NCBI GenBank assembly: GCA_963677485.1
Contig: OY781964.1
Location: 3,936,001-4,000,000 of the forward strand
Source of the DNA: Armatimonadota bacterium
Lineage (GTDB): Bacteria; Armatimonadota; HRBIN16
Direction of reading: 5' to 3'
Length of the DNA stretch: 64,000 bases
The first letter of the stretch is position 1, and each line of letters begins with the position of its first letter. Under the pieces are notes generated by a model. That model ran no database searches. It saw only the letters and a list, made by a program, of their open reading frames with translations, and was not told the DNA's origin. Positions 1-10,130 of this stretch are shown here, piece after piece. The translations under genes were made by a program, and so were the position numbers.

Positions 1-1
1 A

Positions 2-835
2 AACCAGGGCTTCTTTATGAGTGCTTACAGTGCGCCAAGCATGTCTCTGTTGCGCGGCCATTGGAGCCACGGTGTGATTGAGGCTGAGATCAACCGTATA
101 GGCACCTGTCGGCTTGTGTGGGGGCACAACGCGCCGTTAGGGCCCAATCAGGCGACCTCTGGCTCCACGATCCATGAACGTAGTTTGACGGCGCACCATG
201 GTGTTGAACTGAGCAACGATGGCTGGAAGTTGCTATCAAGCACAGCAGACGAGGCCCCCGCAGTTGTGGCTTCAGGTAAGATGAACGCCGCGGTGAGCCA
301 TATCGAGGTTCGTGTCTCGCTTAAGGGCTATACAGAGCTCTTACTGGACGGCAAAAAGATGTGGGAAGGCGATCTACCACTGAGGACCGGCCTGATCGGC
401 TGACTGCAGCAGCCGAACAGCGAGTGTGAGATCAAACATATAATGATTACACCCAAACCAGCCGGTGGAGTGATGAACCTGTTCTATACTGAGGCACTTC
501 TGGGCGCGGGTACAGGAGCAGACCTCCCGAAGATAGTCGAACACACGGCGTTTCGGTACGGGATCGGCGCCATCTACAATCCTGGGCAGATCAAACGTGC
601 GAAGTGGAACTGCGTGGGCTGCGGATTCCGGCTGTTCAGCCCCTGTCTACCCGAGGGTGGGGAAGTGGAGCTGCTGTTGGACGGCAAGCCGATTGGCCGG
701 TACCAATGCGGGAAGGACACGAAACCGTCGGAAGTGGTGTTCACCAGGCAGGGGTTGACGAACGGGCCTCATGCTTTGACCATGCGCGCAATCAATGGTC
801 TGCTGCTGGTGGACAGCCTGGAGGTTGAGCTCTAG
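2..835 (+). pseudogene. 3' part of a probable glycoside hydrolase or carbohydrate-binding beta-sandwich protein, interrupted by one in-frame TGA at 401-403
   Basis: ORFs 17..403 and 443..835 share a frame that is open from base 2 and reads ...GLIG*LQQPNSECEIKHIMITPK...; no RBS before ATG 443; C-terminus (EVELLLDGK...GPHALTMRA...VDSLEV) resembles a galactose-binding-like domain. Confidence 0.5.
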
Positions 836-859
836 GCCTGTTCCTCTTCGGGCGTGTTC

Positions 860-2305
860 CTACTGACTCTCTGTGGACTTGGTCATAAGTGGTTGCACCT
901 TTTGGCCTTCGGCAACCGTCGTGGCCTGTTTGATCACAAGTGTGCCGACACTGATACCCGAAACAGCTATGGTGTTGTTGGCGCGGCTTAAAACGGTGAT
1001 CTCCTGGCGTTTGGCACGTCCTCTGTGAATGATGTAGACAGATGCGGTGTTTGTGCCCTCCAAGACGGCGGAGGCCGGCAGGACGATGCCCCCAGTCAGC
1101 GGTGCTGCTTCGAGTGAGACATCCACGGTCATGTCTGGCTTGCAGAACGAAGGCAGCCAAACGGGCTTAAGATGCAGCGATGCGACGCCTATTTTGCTGC
1201 CGATCGCCGGGTCGATACGGGTCAGTTTTGCATCCCAGGCCAACTCCCTGGCGGAGGTTGAAACCACTCGGGCCATCTGACCAAGTTTCAACCGGTTAAG
1301 GTTATGTGCGTCTGTTTCGACTAGTATCTCCGTATCGCTCATATCTGCGATCTTCATGAGCACGGTCGCTGTGCGAATGCTGGTACCGGGTTGGGTATCA
1401 CACTTGACGACAATCCCACTGAACGGCGCTCGGATCGTATGACGGCTTATGTCTGTTTTCGCCGCAGCCGCGTCGGTTATAGCCTTAGATACTTTCGCTT
1501 TAGCGGCCTTCACCTGTTCGGTACGGGGAGTGTTCCTTAGGTTACCAAGGTTCTGCTGTGCAATGTTGGCAGAGGCGCGGTACTGCGCTTCCGCCTGTGC
1601 CAGTTGGGTTTTGGCCGCTGCGATAGCGTGTTCATCAACAGGCGCTATGCTCCGGTCATAGCTTTCACGGGCCACACGAACAGCCACTGCGGCGTCCTTC
1701 GCCCTGGTCTGGGTTCTCTCCAACTCTACCCGCCCGATGGCATCTTTAGCATACAGCTCTTCACTTCTCTTGAGGTCGGCATCGGCCTGCGCTTGTGCGA
1801 TTTCGGCTCGATTTAGGCTGGCTTGTGCGCGGTTTTGTTCATCCTGGCGTCCACCTTGCTGCGCCTTCAACAGACGTTCCTGCGCAACCTTAACCTGCGC
1901 TAAGCTGACTTCGCGTGCTTGGCGGATCTCGGTCTGTGTTTTAGCGATCTCCTCCGGCGAGGCTGGAGTGCTAACAGCCAGCAGTTCTTGTTGGGCACAG
2001 AAGAGCTGCGCCTCTGCACGACTAAGCCGATTTACGGCCTCATCATCCTTGAGCGTAACCAATACCTGACCTTGCACAACTTGCTTGCCTTCACTCGTGA
2101 AGACCTGGTCAACCACCCCAGCAACCTCACAGCGGATCTCATCCTCGAGAACCGCGTTGAGCTTGCCAGTCGCCACGATGGTCTCGGTCACATCACCACG
2201 GGTAGCCTCGACTACTTCAACGGGCGTGTTGTGACGTAAGGCCCAGAGGGTGGACGCGATGATGATGATTGCCAGAAGCAAAACGGGGGTTAGTCGACGG
2301 TTCAT
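860..2305 (-). CDS. Efflux transporter periplasmic adaptor (HlyD/MFP family)
   Basis: N-terminal TM anchor, split lipoyl halves (GVVDQVFTSEGKQVVQGQVLVTL; IRAPFSGIV), long alpha-helical hairpin; RBS GAGG. Confidence 0.9.
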   Translation of the reverse strand: MNRRLTPVLLLAIIIIASTLWALRHNTPVEVVEATRGDVTETIVATGKLNAVLEDEIRCEVAGVVDQVFTSEGKQVVQGQVLVTLKDDEAVNRLSRAEAQLFCAQQELLAVSTPASPEEIAKTQTEIRQAREVSLAQVKVAQERLLKAQQGGRQDEQNRAQASLNRAEIAQAQADADLKRSEELYAKDAIGRVELERTQTRAKDAAVAVRVARESYDRSIAPVDEHAIAAAKTQLAQAEAQYRASANIAQQNLGNLRNTPRTEQVKAAKAKVSKAITDAAAAKTDISRHTIRAPFSGIVVKCDTQPGTSIRTATVLMKIADMSDTEILVETDAHNLNRLKLGQMARVVSTSARELAWDAKLTRIDPAIGSKIGVASLHLKPVWLPSFCKPDMTVDVSLEAAPLTGGIVLPASAVLEGTNTASVYIIHRGRAKRQEITVLSRANNTIAVSGISVGTLVIKQATTVAEGQKVQPLMTKSTESQ

Positions 2306-2376
2306 GCAGGATCAACCTCATACGAAGTGTCGTGTCTTAACGGTACCTGAACTCGGCGGTGGTGTGCAGTATGAAT

Positions 2377-2411
2377 ACAGGCTGGTGAAGCACTAGTCCA
2401 CACCAGCCTGT
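2377..2411 (-). terminator. Stem-loop downstream of GH gene
   Basis: ACAGGCTGGTG / CACCAGCCTGT perfect 11-bp inverted repeat 10 nt after the stop; weak U-tract. Confidence 0.5.
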
Positions 2412-2421
2412 GTTGCGATGG

Positions 2422-4641
2422 TTACAGAACTTCGCTGCGCTTCGCCGATTTCATGCGCAGAATAAGGCCAGCCCAAGGATCCAGGCTGGTTTGGGTTGAT
2501 TTCACATCACCCAATGACTTGCGGGTGCCTGTGATGGGTTCCCACAACTCGGCTTGTTTACCGGTGATCTCGATCTTGCCGTTCCACGCCTGGTCGCTCT
2601 CGTTGATGACAAAGTAGATGTCATACCCATCTTTACGCCTGTGCGTCATTCGCAGGTTGGCGTTGTCGGAGGCTTTGAGCTGCGGACTCAGCCACTCGTC
2701 TATGACGGAGCTGGTTTTCAGCGCATCCGCTTCGCCGATCAACTTCACCCGGCCTGAAGGGTCATTGAGCATCGCCTTCACGTCGGTGCATATCTGCGAG
2801 GCAGGGAACTGATCCATCGAGTTGGCCGGTTTTGTGCCAACGAACAGAATGCGACCGCCAGCCTTCCAGAACTTGACCAGGGTGCTCCAAGCCGTTTGAG
2901 GGATGGTGTCCACGGCAGGCAGCACGACGGCTCGGTAACTGCTCTGGCCGATGACCAGCTCGCCATTTTTGACAGAAGCAGTCGCAAGATTGTGGCTGTG
3001 GATATAGTCATAGTCGCGCATCCCCTCAAACAGGCTGCGGGTGACATCCCGCTGCACATTTGAGATGGTGAAACATTCCGGTGAAACCTCGTCGGCCCCG
3101 GAGCGTGAGGGCGTGAAGTGAGCCCACACGCTTTCGATGGGGTAGAGCAGGCCTACATCGGCTACACGGTATCCATCAAACAGCACTGCGTTGACGCGTG
3201 CCGTGTATTGCAGCAGACCTTGAACATCCTTCGTTTCGTGCCTGTTGAAGGACGAATAGGTATTCCACGCCGAAATACCACCCCAGAGCATGCGGTTATA
3301 AGCACCACGGTAAAGCTCGATCGGCATCAGCGGGGCTCCGCCCATGTTTTGTATGTGGTCGCTGATCTCCATCATCACGTATCGCGAGCCATCTACCTGG
3401 GCGATGCTGCTGGCGAAACGGGCGGCATCATAGGGAACATGGCTGTCCATCAGCGAAAGGGTGCCTGTCCGTGGAATCCTTGGGTCCGAGCTCAACACAT
3501 CAATTCCCGGGGCATCAAGTGTTTGCAGGCAGACGAACAGATCGCCGTAGAGCGGTGCGTGGTGGACTACGTTCTCCTCAAGAAGCGCGTGTCCGCCTGA
3601 TAGGGTATGGTGTGCGGCTGCCCATGTTCTGAGTTGGCCGAAGAAGTTTTGAGAGAACAGCTCAGTGACGGTTTTGAAATAGTCGCATCGCACCTTCTCC
3701 GTGTCGGGCAGCACATTGGCTGCGAGGGCCGCGATTTTTGGTGCGAGGTCATATCCCCTTCGCTGTTTGAACTCCTTCAGCATCACGCTAGACCAAGGCA
3801 ATACGGCGTAGTTCTGTCGCTTGAACAGGAACGCAGAAGTGCTTGGCTCATCCGTGAACAGGCTGACGAATGATTTTCCAAAATCTTGCTTCATGTGTTT
3901 CACAAGCGCATCATGCGTGACATCTATGAAACGCTTCGTTGTGTCAGGATTCAACAAGTCGACAGTAGGGGCACTGACAGGCGAGGCGTTGCCGTCAACC
4001 TGCGTGCCTGTGTATAGAATCCCTTCAGTGACGACCACTACTTGCCAATAACCATCCGGCAGGCTGAAGGACAACTGATCGCCCTGGGTTTTTGCCTTCA
4101 GATCGATGATCTGGTCACCACGGTATGCTGCCGCACTCATGATCTGACCTGGCGGCAGTGTGATGGTTTGGTCACCGCCCTTCATCTTGAGGCTCTGAGT
4201 CATGATGCACTGGGCCTCAAGCTCAGGATGGTCCTTCAGCACCAGTGTGCCAGCACGGCCGCTGGGGTAGCCGTTCTCGTCGTAGTACCAGTTCAGCATC
4301 CCTTTGTCGTTGATCGCCTTCGCTGCGTTGATGAGAGCATTGAAGTTGTTCTCTGTGACGGCATATTCGTTGCCGACAGGAAGGCTGCTGATATAACCGC
4401 CGAAGCCCATCTCTTTAGCGGTGTCGATCCGTTGCTCAACCTGCTTGGCATCAAGCGGCCAGTTGTGTTCAATACGGAACACCCTGGCTTCTGCCGGGGG
4501 ATTGGTAAATGCATCCCACATTGGGTCATTGGCCGCGCTGGCGGGAGCAGCTTGAAGATGCAGTAAGCTAAGAGCCATGATGAACCACCCCAATATCATT
4601 CGTGTTTTTGATGTTCGGTTTGTCGATTTTGCTGAACCCAT
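2422..4641 (-). CDS. Secreted glycoside hydrolase, GH106 (alpha-L-rhamnosidase)-like
   Basis: WYYDENGYPSG, FTDEP, GGHALLEE, PGID motifs; signal-like segment ending ASA; GGAG RBS favours ATG 4641 over 4656. Confidence 0.75.
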   Translation of the reverse strand: MGSAKSTNRTSKTRMILGWFIMALSLLHLQAAPASAANDPMWDAFTNPPAEARVFRIEHNWPLDAKQVEQRIDTAKEMGFGGYISSLPVGNEYAVTENNFNALINAAKAINDKGMLNWYYDENGYPSGRAGTLVLKDHPELEAQCIMTQSLKMKGGDQTITLPPGQIMSAAAYRGDQIIDLKAKTQGDQLSFSLPDGYWQVVVVTEGILYTGTQVDGNASPVSAPTVDLLNPDTTKRFIDVTHDALVKHMKQDFGKSFVSLFTDEPSTSAFLFKRQNYAVLPWSSVMLKEFKQRRGYDLAPKIAALAANVLPDTEKVRCDYFKTVTELFSQNFFGQLRTWAAAHHTLSGGHALLEENVVHHAPLYGDLFVCLQTLDAPGIDVLSSDPRIPRTGTLSLMDSHVPYDAARFASSIAQVDGSRYVMMEISDHIQNMGGAPLMPIELYRGAYNRMLWGGISAWNTYSSFNRHETKDVQGLLQYTARVNAVLFDGYRVADVGLLYPIESVWAHFTPSRSGADEVSPECFTISNVQRDVTRSLFEGMRDYDYIHSHNLATASVKNGELVIGQSSYRAVVLPAVDTIPQTAWSTLVKFWKAGGRILFVGTKPANSMDQFPASQICTDVKAMLNDPSGRVKLIGEADALKTSSVIDEWLSPQLKASDNANLRMTHRRKDGYDIYFVINESDQAWNGKIEITGKQAELWEPITGTRKSLGDVKSTQTSLDPWAGLILRMKSAKRSEVL

Positions 4642-4758
4642 ACAGGAAATCTCCATTTCTTGATAGCACAGGATTGCCTCCAGACTGTTATATACTTGCC
4701 AATCCAGGGTTATATTTAGGGTTTTGATACGCAGTTACCTGCGTCATCGCGCTGTGAT

Positions 4759-6906
4759 TTATAGCGGTCGGCTGCGCTTTGCAGCCTTCATACGCAGAAT
4801 GCATCCTGCCCATGGATCCAGCTTTGCTTCCGCTACGGTACCGGTCAGCATCGAACGGCTGCCCGATATGGGCTCCCACATTTCAGCCTGTTTGCCGGTG
4901 AGCTCGATTTGACCATTCCAAGCCTTATCGCTTTCGTTCATCACGAAATAGATGTCATATCCGTCTTTTCGCCGATGGGTCATGCGCAGATTGGCGTTGT
5001 CCGAGGCCTTCAGTTGCGGGCTTAGCCATTGGTCCACTACCTTGCCTGTTTGAAGCGCATCGGCTTCGGTGATGAACTTCACATGCCCTGATCGATCTTT
5101 CAGCATGGCTTCAACCTGTTTGGCCATGCCGGGAGCCGGGAACGCCTCGGTTGTGTTCATCGGCTTTGTGCCTACGAATAAGATGCGACCACCGGATTTC
5201 CAGTATTTCACCAGATTCGTCCAGGCTGCCTTTGGTATGGTGTCGACGGCTGGTAACACGACCGCACGATAACTGCTCCTGCCAATAACCAGTTCGCCAC
5301 TCCTGACAGCAGCTTTGGCAAGGCTGTTGGTATGCAGGTAGTCGTAGTCACGCATATCTTCAAACAGGCTGCGAGTGACATCGCGTTGCACATACCCGAT
5401 GCTGGCACATGCGGGTGTCACGTCCATCGTATACTGTTTTGATGGCGTAAAATGGGCCCATACGCTTTCGATAGGATACAGCACGGCCACGTCCGCTACG
5501 CGATAGCCATCATACATCATGCTGTTGACACGTGATACGTATTGCAGGAGTGATTTGATCACCTTTGGATCATGTTTGTTGTAGCTGGAATAGGTATTGA
5601 ATGCGGTGATACCACCCCACAATGCGCGGTTATAGGCCCCGCGGAGCAGTTCACCAGACAGAACGACGTCACCCATCACCTGCTGATGGTAGTCGCTGAT
5701 CTCGCACATCACGTTTCTGGATCCATCAAGTTGCGCCACGCTGCTTGCAAATCGGGCAGCGTCGTAGGGCACATGGCTGTCCATGCCAGAAAGGGTGCCG
5801 GATCTAGCAATACGGGGATCACTGCTTAATATATCGATACCCGGGGCATCCAGCGCCTGCATGCTGACAAACAGGTCGCCGTAGAGCGGGACTTGGTGGA
5901 CGACGTTCTCTTCTAGCAGCAAGTGGCCACCGGAGAGGGTGTGGTGCGCCTTAGCCCACTTGCGTATCGGTGCCAGGAAGTTTTGCGAAAAGAGCTCCGC
6001 TATGGTTTTGTAGTAGTCACAGCGTACTTTGGCTGTGTCTGGCAGCACATCCGCTACCAGGGCAGGCAGTTTTGGGGTGAGGTCATACCCGCGCCTCTTC
6101 TTGAACTCCTGCAGCATCACGCTGGACCAGGGTAACACTCCGTATTCCTGGCGGTTGAAAAACATCGCCAGGGTGCTCGGTTCATCTGTGAAGGTGCTGA
6201 CAAATGATTTGCCCATATCCTGGCCAAGGTGCTTGGCAACAGCATCATGTGTCACTTCGATAAATCTTTTTGTGGTTAATGAACTCAGCAAGTCTACATG
6301 GTGCATACTCACGGGTGATGCGATGCCCTCTAGCTGAGTGCCGTTATATTGTGTGACGATGATCACCCGCCAACTGCCTAGAGGTAAGGAAAACGCCAGT
6401 GAATTGCCTTGCGTGCTTGATTTCAGGTCGATGTTTCGGCCAGATCCAAATGCTGTGCCGTTCATCAACCTACCAGGGGGTAGCACAACGGTGTGTTTCC
6501 CGCCATCGAGCTTAAGATCAGACGTGTAAAGGCTTTGAACAATTAGCTCCGGGTGCCCCTGAAGCACCAGTTTGCCGGCGCGGCCACTCGGGTAGCCATT
6601 TTCATCATAAAACCATGCCTGCATTCCCTGGTCATGCAGACACTGAACTGCATTCTTCAGTGCCTCGAAATTCGCGCTGGTCTGTGCGTATCCATCCCCG
6701 AGGGGCAGGCTGCTGACAAAGCCGCCAAACCCCATTTCTTTGGCGGTTCGGATTCGGTCTTGGGCCTGCTGTTTATCAGCAGGCCAGTAGTGTTCAATGC
6801 GAAACACTTTCGCTTCCGCAGGTGGTGCGCAGAAGGCTTCCCACATAGGGTCTTTTGAAGAACCGACCTTAGCCGATCCACTGGGTGTGATCACGCTAAA
6901 GCTCAT
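4759..6906 (-). CDS. Glycoside hydrolase, GH106-like; tandem paralog of 2422..4641
   Basis: WFYDENGYPSG, FTDEP, GGHLLLEE, PGID; colinear with the neighbour over its whole length; no clear signal peptide. Confidence 0.75.
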   Translation of the reverse strand: MSFSVITPSGSAKVGSSKDPMWEAFCAPPAEAKVFRIEHYWPADKQQAQDRIRTAKEMGFGGFVSSLPLGDGYAQTSANFEALKNAVQCLHDQGMQAWFYDENGYPSGRAGKLVLQGHPELIVQSLYTSDLKLDGGKHTVVLPPGRLMNGTAFGSGRNIDLKSSTQGNSLAFSLPLGSWRVIIVTQYNGTQLEGIASPVSMHHVDLLSSLTTKRFIEVTHDAVAKHLGQDMGKSFVSTFTDEPSTLAMFFNRQEYGVLPWSSVMLQEFKKRRGYDLTPKLPALVADVLPDTAKVRCDYYKTIAELFSQNFLAPIRKWAKAHHTLSGGHLLLEENVVHQVPLYGDLFVSMQALDAPGIDILSSDPRIARSGTLSGMDSHVPYDAARFASSVAQLDGSRNVMCEISDYHQQVMGDVVLSGELLRGAYNRALWGGITAFNTYSSYNKHDPKVIKSLLQYVSRVNSMMYDGYRVADVAVLYPIESVWAHFTPSKQYTMDVTPACASIGYVQRDVTRSLFEDMRDYDYLHTNSLAKAAVRSGELVIGRSSYRAVVLPAVDTIPKAAWTNLVKYWKSGGRILFVGTKPMNTTEAFPAPGMAKQVEAMLKDRSGHVKFITEADALQTGKVVDQWLSPQLKASDNANLRMTHRRKDGYDIYFVMNESDKAWNGQIELTGKQAEMWEPISGSRSMLTGTVAEAKLDPWAGCILRMKAAKRSRPL

Positions 6907-7921
6907 ATGTTGGGACCCATACCTGAGCCACGGTTCCGGTCAGTTGGGTGATGAGCAGCAGAAGACCATCCTTGTTTTCGCCATTTCGTATGAGACGAAT
7001 TTCCTTAATAACGCCGGGTATCGGATCGCTCTGCCAGAGCATCATCATACCGCCATCGGGGTCGTTGGATTGCTGGCTGAGTACCAGCACATTGCCCTCG
7101 GGGTTGGGCCTGATGAACAGCATTGGACCATCACCACCAAAACGGGCATTCAACCGCGCCTGCAGCACGGGGAGGCCCTGCGCAACCAATTTCGATTCGT
7201 TGATGTCCGCCATGTTGATGGGGTTGACTGCCCAAATGGCATCTGTATCTTTAGTGGCACTTTGAAGATCGAGAAGTCGGACCTGACCAGCAGATGAGAA
7301 GCTGAGCCAGTCACCGCCTAGCTTTAAGGGCTTCACGGCTGCTGATTTCCACAATCCGCCAGGGAAAGCGGCCATCGGTTGAATGGCTCCGTTCTTGTTG
7401 ATGCTCACTAAATACCATGGCACTTCCTGCGGACGCCTCACCGTCTTGTATGCGGTCTTGTTCCAGTAGACCATCTGTGAGGCGGTGAACAACTGGTCAA
7501 GTGGCTCATTGGGAAGCAGTTTCCCTGCCAGCAGAGTGGTGCTAGCTTCCTGGTGCATGGGGATCACTGTTTCTGTGACCCAAAGCCCGTTCGCATCGGC
7601 CTTTTGAATGTTGAGCTTGCAGCCTGTTGGGGTATCGATACGGAACACCATGCGGGTCTTGCCATCGAAATGCGGACGGGCGATTTCGACTGCCGTACAA
7701 CCGACAGGGGCGGGGATGGTATTAGCTAGCTGCCAGCCCATGAATGCTGCTCCTGGCTTTCTCACGGTGGTCGTGGGGGGCTTGACTGGCGGCTGTGCGG
7801 GTGTTTCTGTCACGACAGGTGCTGGAGGCGGTGTGGCCGTGCCCTCAGCAGGTTGCTGGGCCATGGCGGTGACGGTACTGTATGCAGCGAGTGCGAGCAC
7901 TAGATACTGAGCTGTTTTCAT
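6896..7921 (-). CDS. Secreted hypothetical protein with Pro/Thr-rich N-terminal linker
   Basis: Signal peptide MKTAQYLVLALAAYSTVTAMA; AGGAG RBS; overlaps next gene by 11 nt. Confidence 0.75.
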   Translation of the reverse strand: MKTAQYLVLALAAYSTVTAMAQQPAEGTATPPPAPVVTETPAQPPVKPPTTTVRKPGAAFMGWQLANTIPAPVGCTAVEIARPHFDGKTRMVFRIDTPTGCKLNIQKADANGLWVTETVIPMHQEASTTLLAGKLLPNEPLDQLFTASQMVYWNKTAYKTVRRPQEVPWYLVSINKNGAIQPMAAFPGGLWKSAAVKPLKLGGDWLSFSSAGQVRLLDLQSATKDTDAIWAVNPINMADINESKLVAQGLPVLQARLNARFGGDGPMLFIRPNPEGNVLVLSQQSNDPDGGMMMLWQSDPIPGVIKEIRLIRNGENKDGLLLLITQLTGTVAQVWVPTYEL

Positions 7922-7962
7922 TGTGACTCCTATATGGTTTCTTTCTACAAGCAGATTACCAC

Positions 7963-7992
7963 AAAGCCCCGCCGAAAAATCGGCGGGGCTTT
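7963..7992. terminator. Intrinsic terminator after degP (may be bidirectional)
   Basis: AAAGCCCCGCCGA-AAAA-TCGGCGGGGCTTT. Confidence 0.85.
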
Positions 7993-8010
7993 GATATGGC
8001 GGTCATCCTG

Positions 8011-9522
8011 TCAGGGTACAGATATCCTTACTCGCATAGTGGAGCCGTCACCACCCTGACTTTTAGCTCTTCGCAGAATGAAGACAGGACGGTCACCAGA
8101 CTTGTATGCGTCCAACTTGGTTTGGAACTCCTTAACGGAACTGATGGCGTCACCATCGATGGATTGCACGACATCACCTGGCACGATACCCACTTCTTGA
8201 GCAGGCGAGTCTGGGGCGATACCGTTGACGATCACGCCCTTAGTATCTCGTGGCAGACCCAGCTCGTTCAGAGCCTTGGGTGTGATGTTTTCCACGCTGA
8301 TGCCCAGCTTCTGTGCGCTCTCAGGGTTTGCTTGATCACCAACGCCGCTCTCACCAGGTACTGACGGTGCTTCACCGATCTTGACTTTTACAGTCATTGG
8401 CTTCGACTGACGCAGTATGCTCATTGTGACGGTTGTGTTCGGCTTCGTGCGGCTGATGATGTCCCGCAGATCAAGGTCGTTACGGACTTCTTGATCGCCG
8501 ATTTTGGTAATGACATCCTCGACACGAATACCGGCTTCTGCTGCGGGTGTACCGTCATTAACACTGGCCACCAGCGCGCCTTGTTTGGTGCCCAGCCGCT
8601 TTTCGTCTTCGGCTGTGACGGCCTCAGGCACAATTCCGAGGAAGCCGCGGACCACTTTACCCGATCCCATAAGCTGTTCCATCACGTAGTGAGCGGTGTC
8701 TACAGGCACTGCAAATCCGATGCCAGCAAAGCTGCCGGTGGGGGATTCGATGGCCGTATTCACTCCAATGACCTCACCGCGGATGTTCAGCAATGGCCCA
8801 CCGGAGTTGCCAGGGTTGATCGTGGCGTCTGTCTGGATGAGATTAGTATAGAACCTCTCATCATTGCCTCCGCCAATCTCTTCTTGACGTCCTATGGCAC
8901 TGACCACGCCCACGGTAATGGTGTTGCGCTTGCCAAACGGGCTGCCGATAGCGATAGCCCACTGTCCAGGCTTCACGCTGTTGCTGGACCCCAGTTTGGC
9001 AGTTGGCAGGTTGGTGGCGTTGATCTTAATCAAGGCGATGTCGCTGCGGAAGTCCCGTTTTACTTCGCCCGGGAACCTGCGGCCATCGTTCAGTAAAACC
9101 TCAACTTTATCTGCTCCACTGACCACATGGTCGTTGGTCAGGATGTATCCATCGTTGCGTACGATAAACCCGGAGCCGATGCCTTTCGATTTGCCGCCCG
9201 GTGCGGCACCATCACCCCCAAACGGGAATGGAAAGGCGTCTCCACCCGGAAACTGGAGTTTTGGTTGTGCAGGTGCAGATTTCTCCGAATAGATAGTCAC
9301 AACAGCAGGCGACACCTGATCGGCTATATTGGTAAACGCGGATTGTAGTTGTTCTGCAGAAGCGAGTACACCTCCGCTGTTGACATCGGCAGTAGCGTAG
9401 GTGCCCGCAGCGTTGACGACGACAGGCCTCTGCATGGCGGTTCCCAGGAAGGCACCTAGTGCCACACTTCCCAGAATGAGAGTCGTCATTATCCCTGGAG
9501 ATAGATGCTTATTGTTTTTCAT
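8011..9522 (-). CDS. degP: Do/DegP (HtrA) serine protease with two PDZ domains
   Basis: GSGFIV, ILTNDHVV, DIALIK, IQTDATINPGNSGGPL; two PDZ domains; start placed at MKNNKH after GGAGG. Confidence 0.93.
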   Translation of the reverse strand: MKNNKHLSPGIMTTLILGSVALGAFLGTAMQRPVVVNAAGTYATADVNSGGVLASAEQLQSAFTNIADQVSPAVVTIYSEKSAPAQPKLQFPGGDAFPFPFGGDGAAPGGKSKGIGSGFIVRNDGYILTNDHVVSGADKVEVLLNDGRRFPGEVKRDFRSDIALIKINATNLPTAKLGSSNSVKPGQWAIAIGSPFGKRNTITVGVVSAIGRQEEIGGGNDERFYTNLIQTDATINPGNSGGPLLNIRGEVIGVNTAIESPTGSFAGIGFAVPVDTAHYVMEQLMGSGKVVRGFLGIVPEAVTAEDEKRLGTKQGALVASVNDGTPAAEAGIRVEDVITKIGDQEVRNDLDLRDIISRTKPNTTVTMSILRQSKPMTVKVKIGEAPSVPGESGVGDQANPESAQKLGISVENITPKALNELGLPRDTKGVIVNGIAPDSPAQEVGIVPGDVVQSIDGDAISSVKEFQTKLDAYKSGDRPVFILRRAKSQGGDGSTMRVRISVP

Positions 9523-9566
9523 TTTGGAGCTGATCCTCCCACTTAACTTCACTGGTTGGTATATAG

Positions 9567-10130
9567 TTACTCAGAATAACTGACGAACGACACGGGTTGA
9601 ATGTTAGCACTGGAGCCTCGCCATTCACTCTCTGGTCGTATTGGTCGCCAACTATGGTAGGTCTTGTCGAGCCCTGTCCATCGTTGCTTGATCTCTTCAG
9701 CTTCTGTTTGTAACCGTGATAGGTCGATTCGTCTTGGGGCTTCAATTTCGTTATTTAGCTTCAGGGCAACAGTCACATACGATGCCGGATGTGAAAGCTG
9801 ATAGCCTATGACCGTCAGGAACACACCGCAGAACGCCAGAGCCGGCCTCATCATTTTTGAGTGGTGAAACCATTTGGTCCATATAGGCTGGACGTTTCTG
9901 TTGGTTTGCTGGCTTTGAGATACCGCCGCGAACAGCTTCTGTTCGAAATCAGCACTCGGGGCGGGCCCTTGCAGCCTGGCCATCATACGTTTCATCGCGA
10001 GCATCTGTTGATATTCCGTTGAGCAATCTGGACATTGTCTAAGATGCTGACTGACAATCTGCATCTCGATACCACTGAGCTCTTTGTCCATGTATGCGGA
10101 AATCATGTTTTGGGTCTGTGTGCATGTCAT
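9567..10130 (-). CDS. Zinc-binding (zf-HC2) transmembrane anti-sigma factor
   Basis: C...ISAYMDKEL...HLRQCPDC (HxxxCxxC) plus one TM segment; ATGA overlap with the sigma gene. Confidence 0.9.
   Translation of the reverse strand: MTCTQTQNMISAYMDKELSGIEMQIVSQHLRQCPDCSTEYQQMLAMKRMMARLQGPAPSADFEQKLFAAVSQSQQTNRNVQPIWTKWFHHSKMMRPALAFCGVFLTVIGYQLSHPASYVTVALKLNNEIEAPRRIDLSRLQTEAEEIKQRWTGLDKTYHSWRPIRPESEWRGSSANIQPVSFVSYSE

Noticed and set aside
401-445. Selenocysteine recoding of the in-frame TGA
   Set aside because: No convincing SECIS hairpin downstream and no redox-motif context
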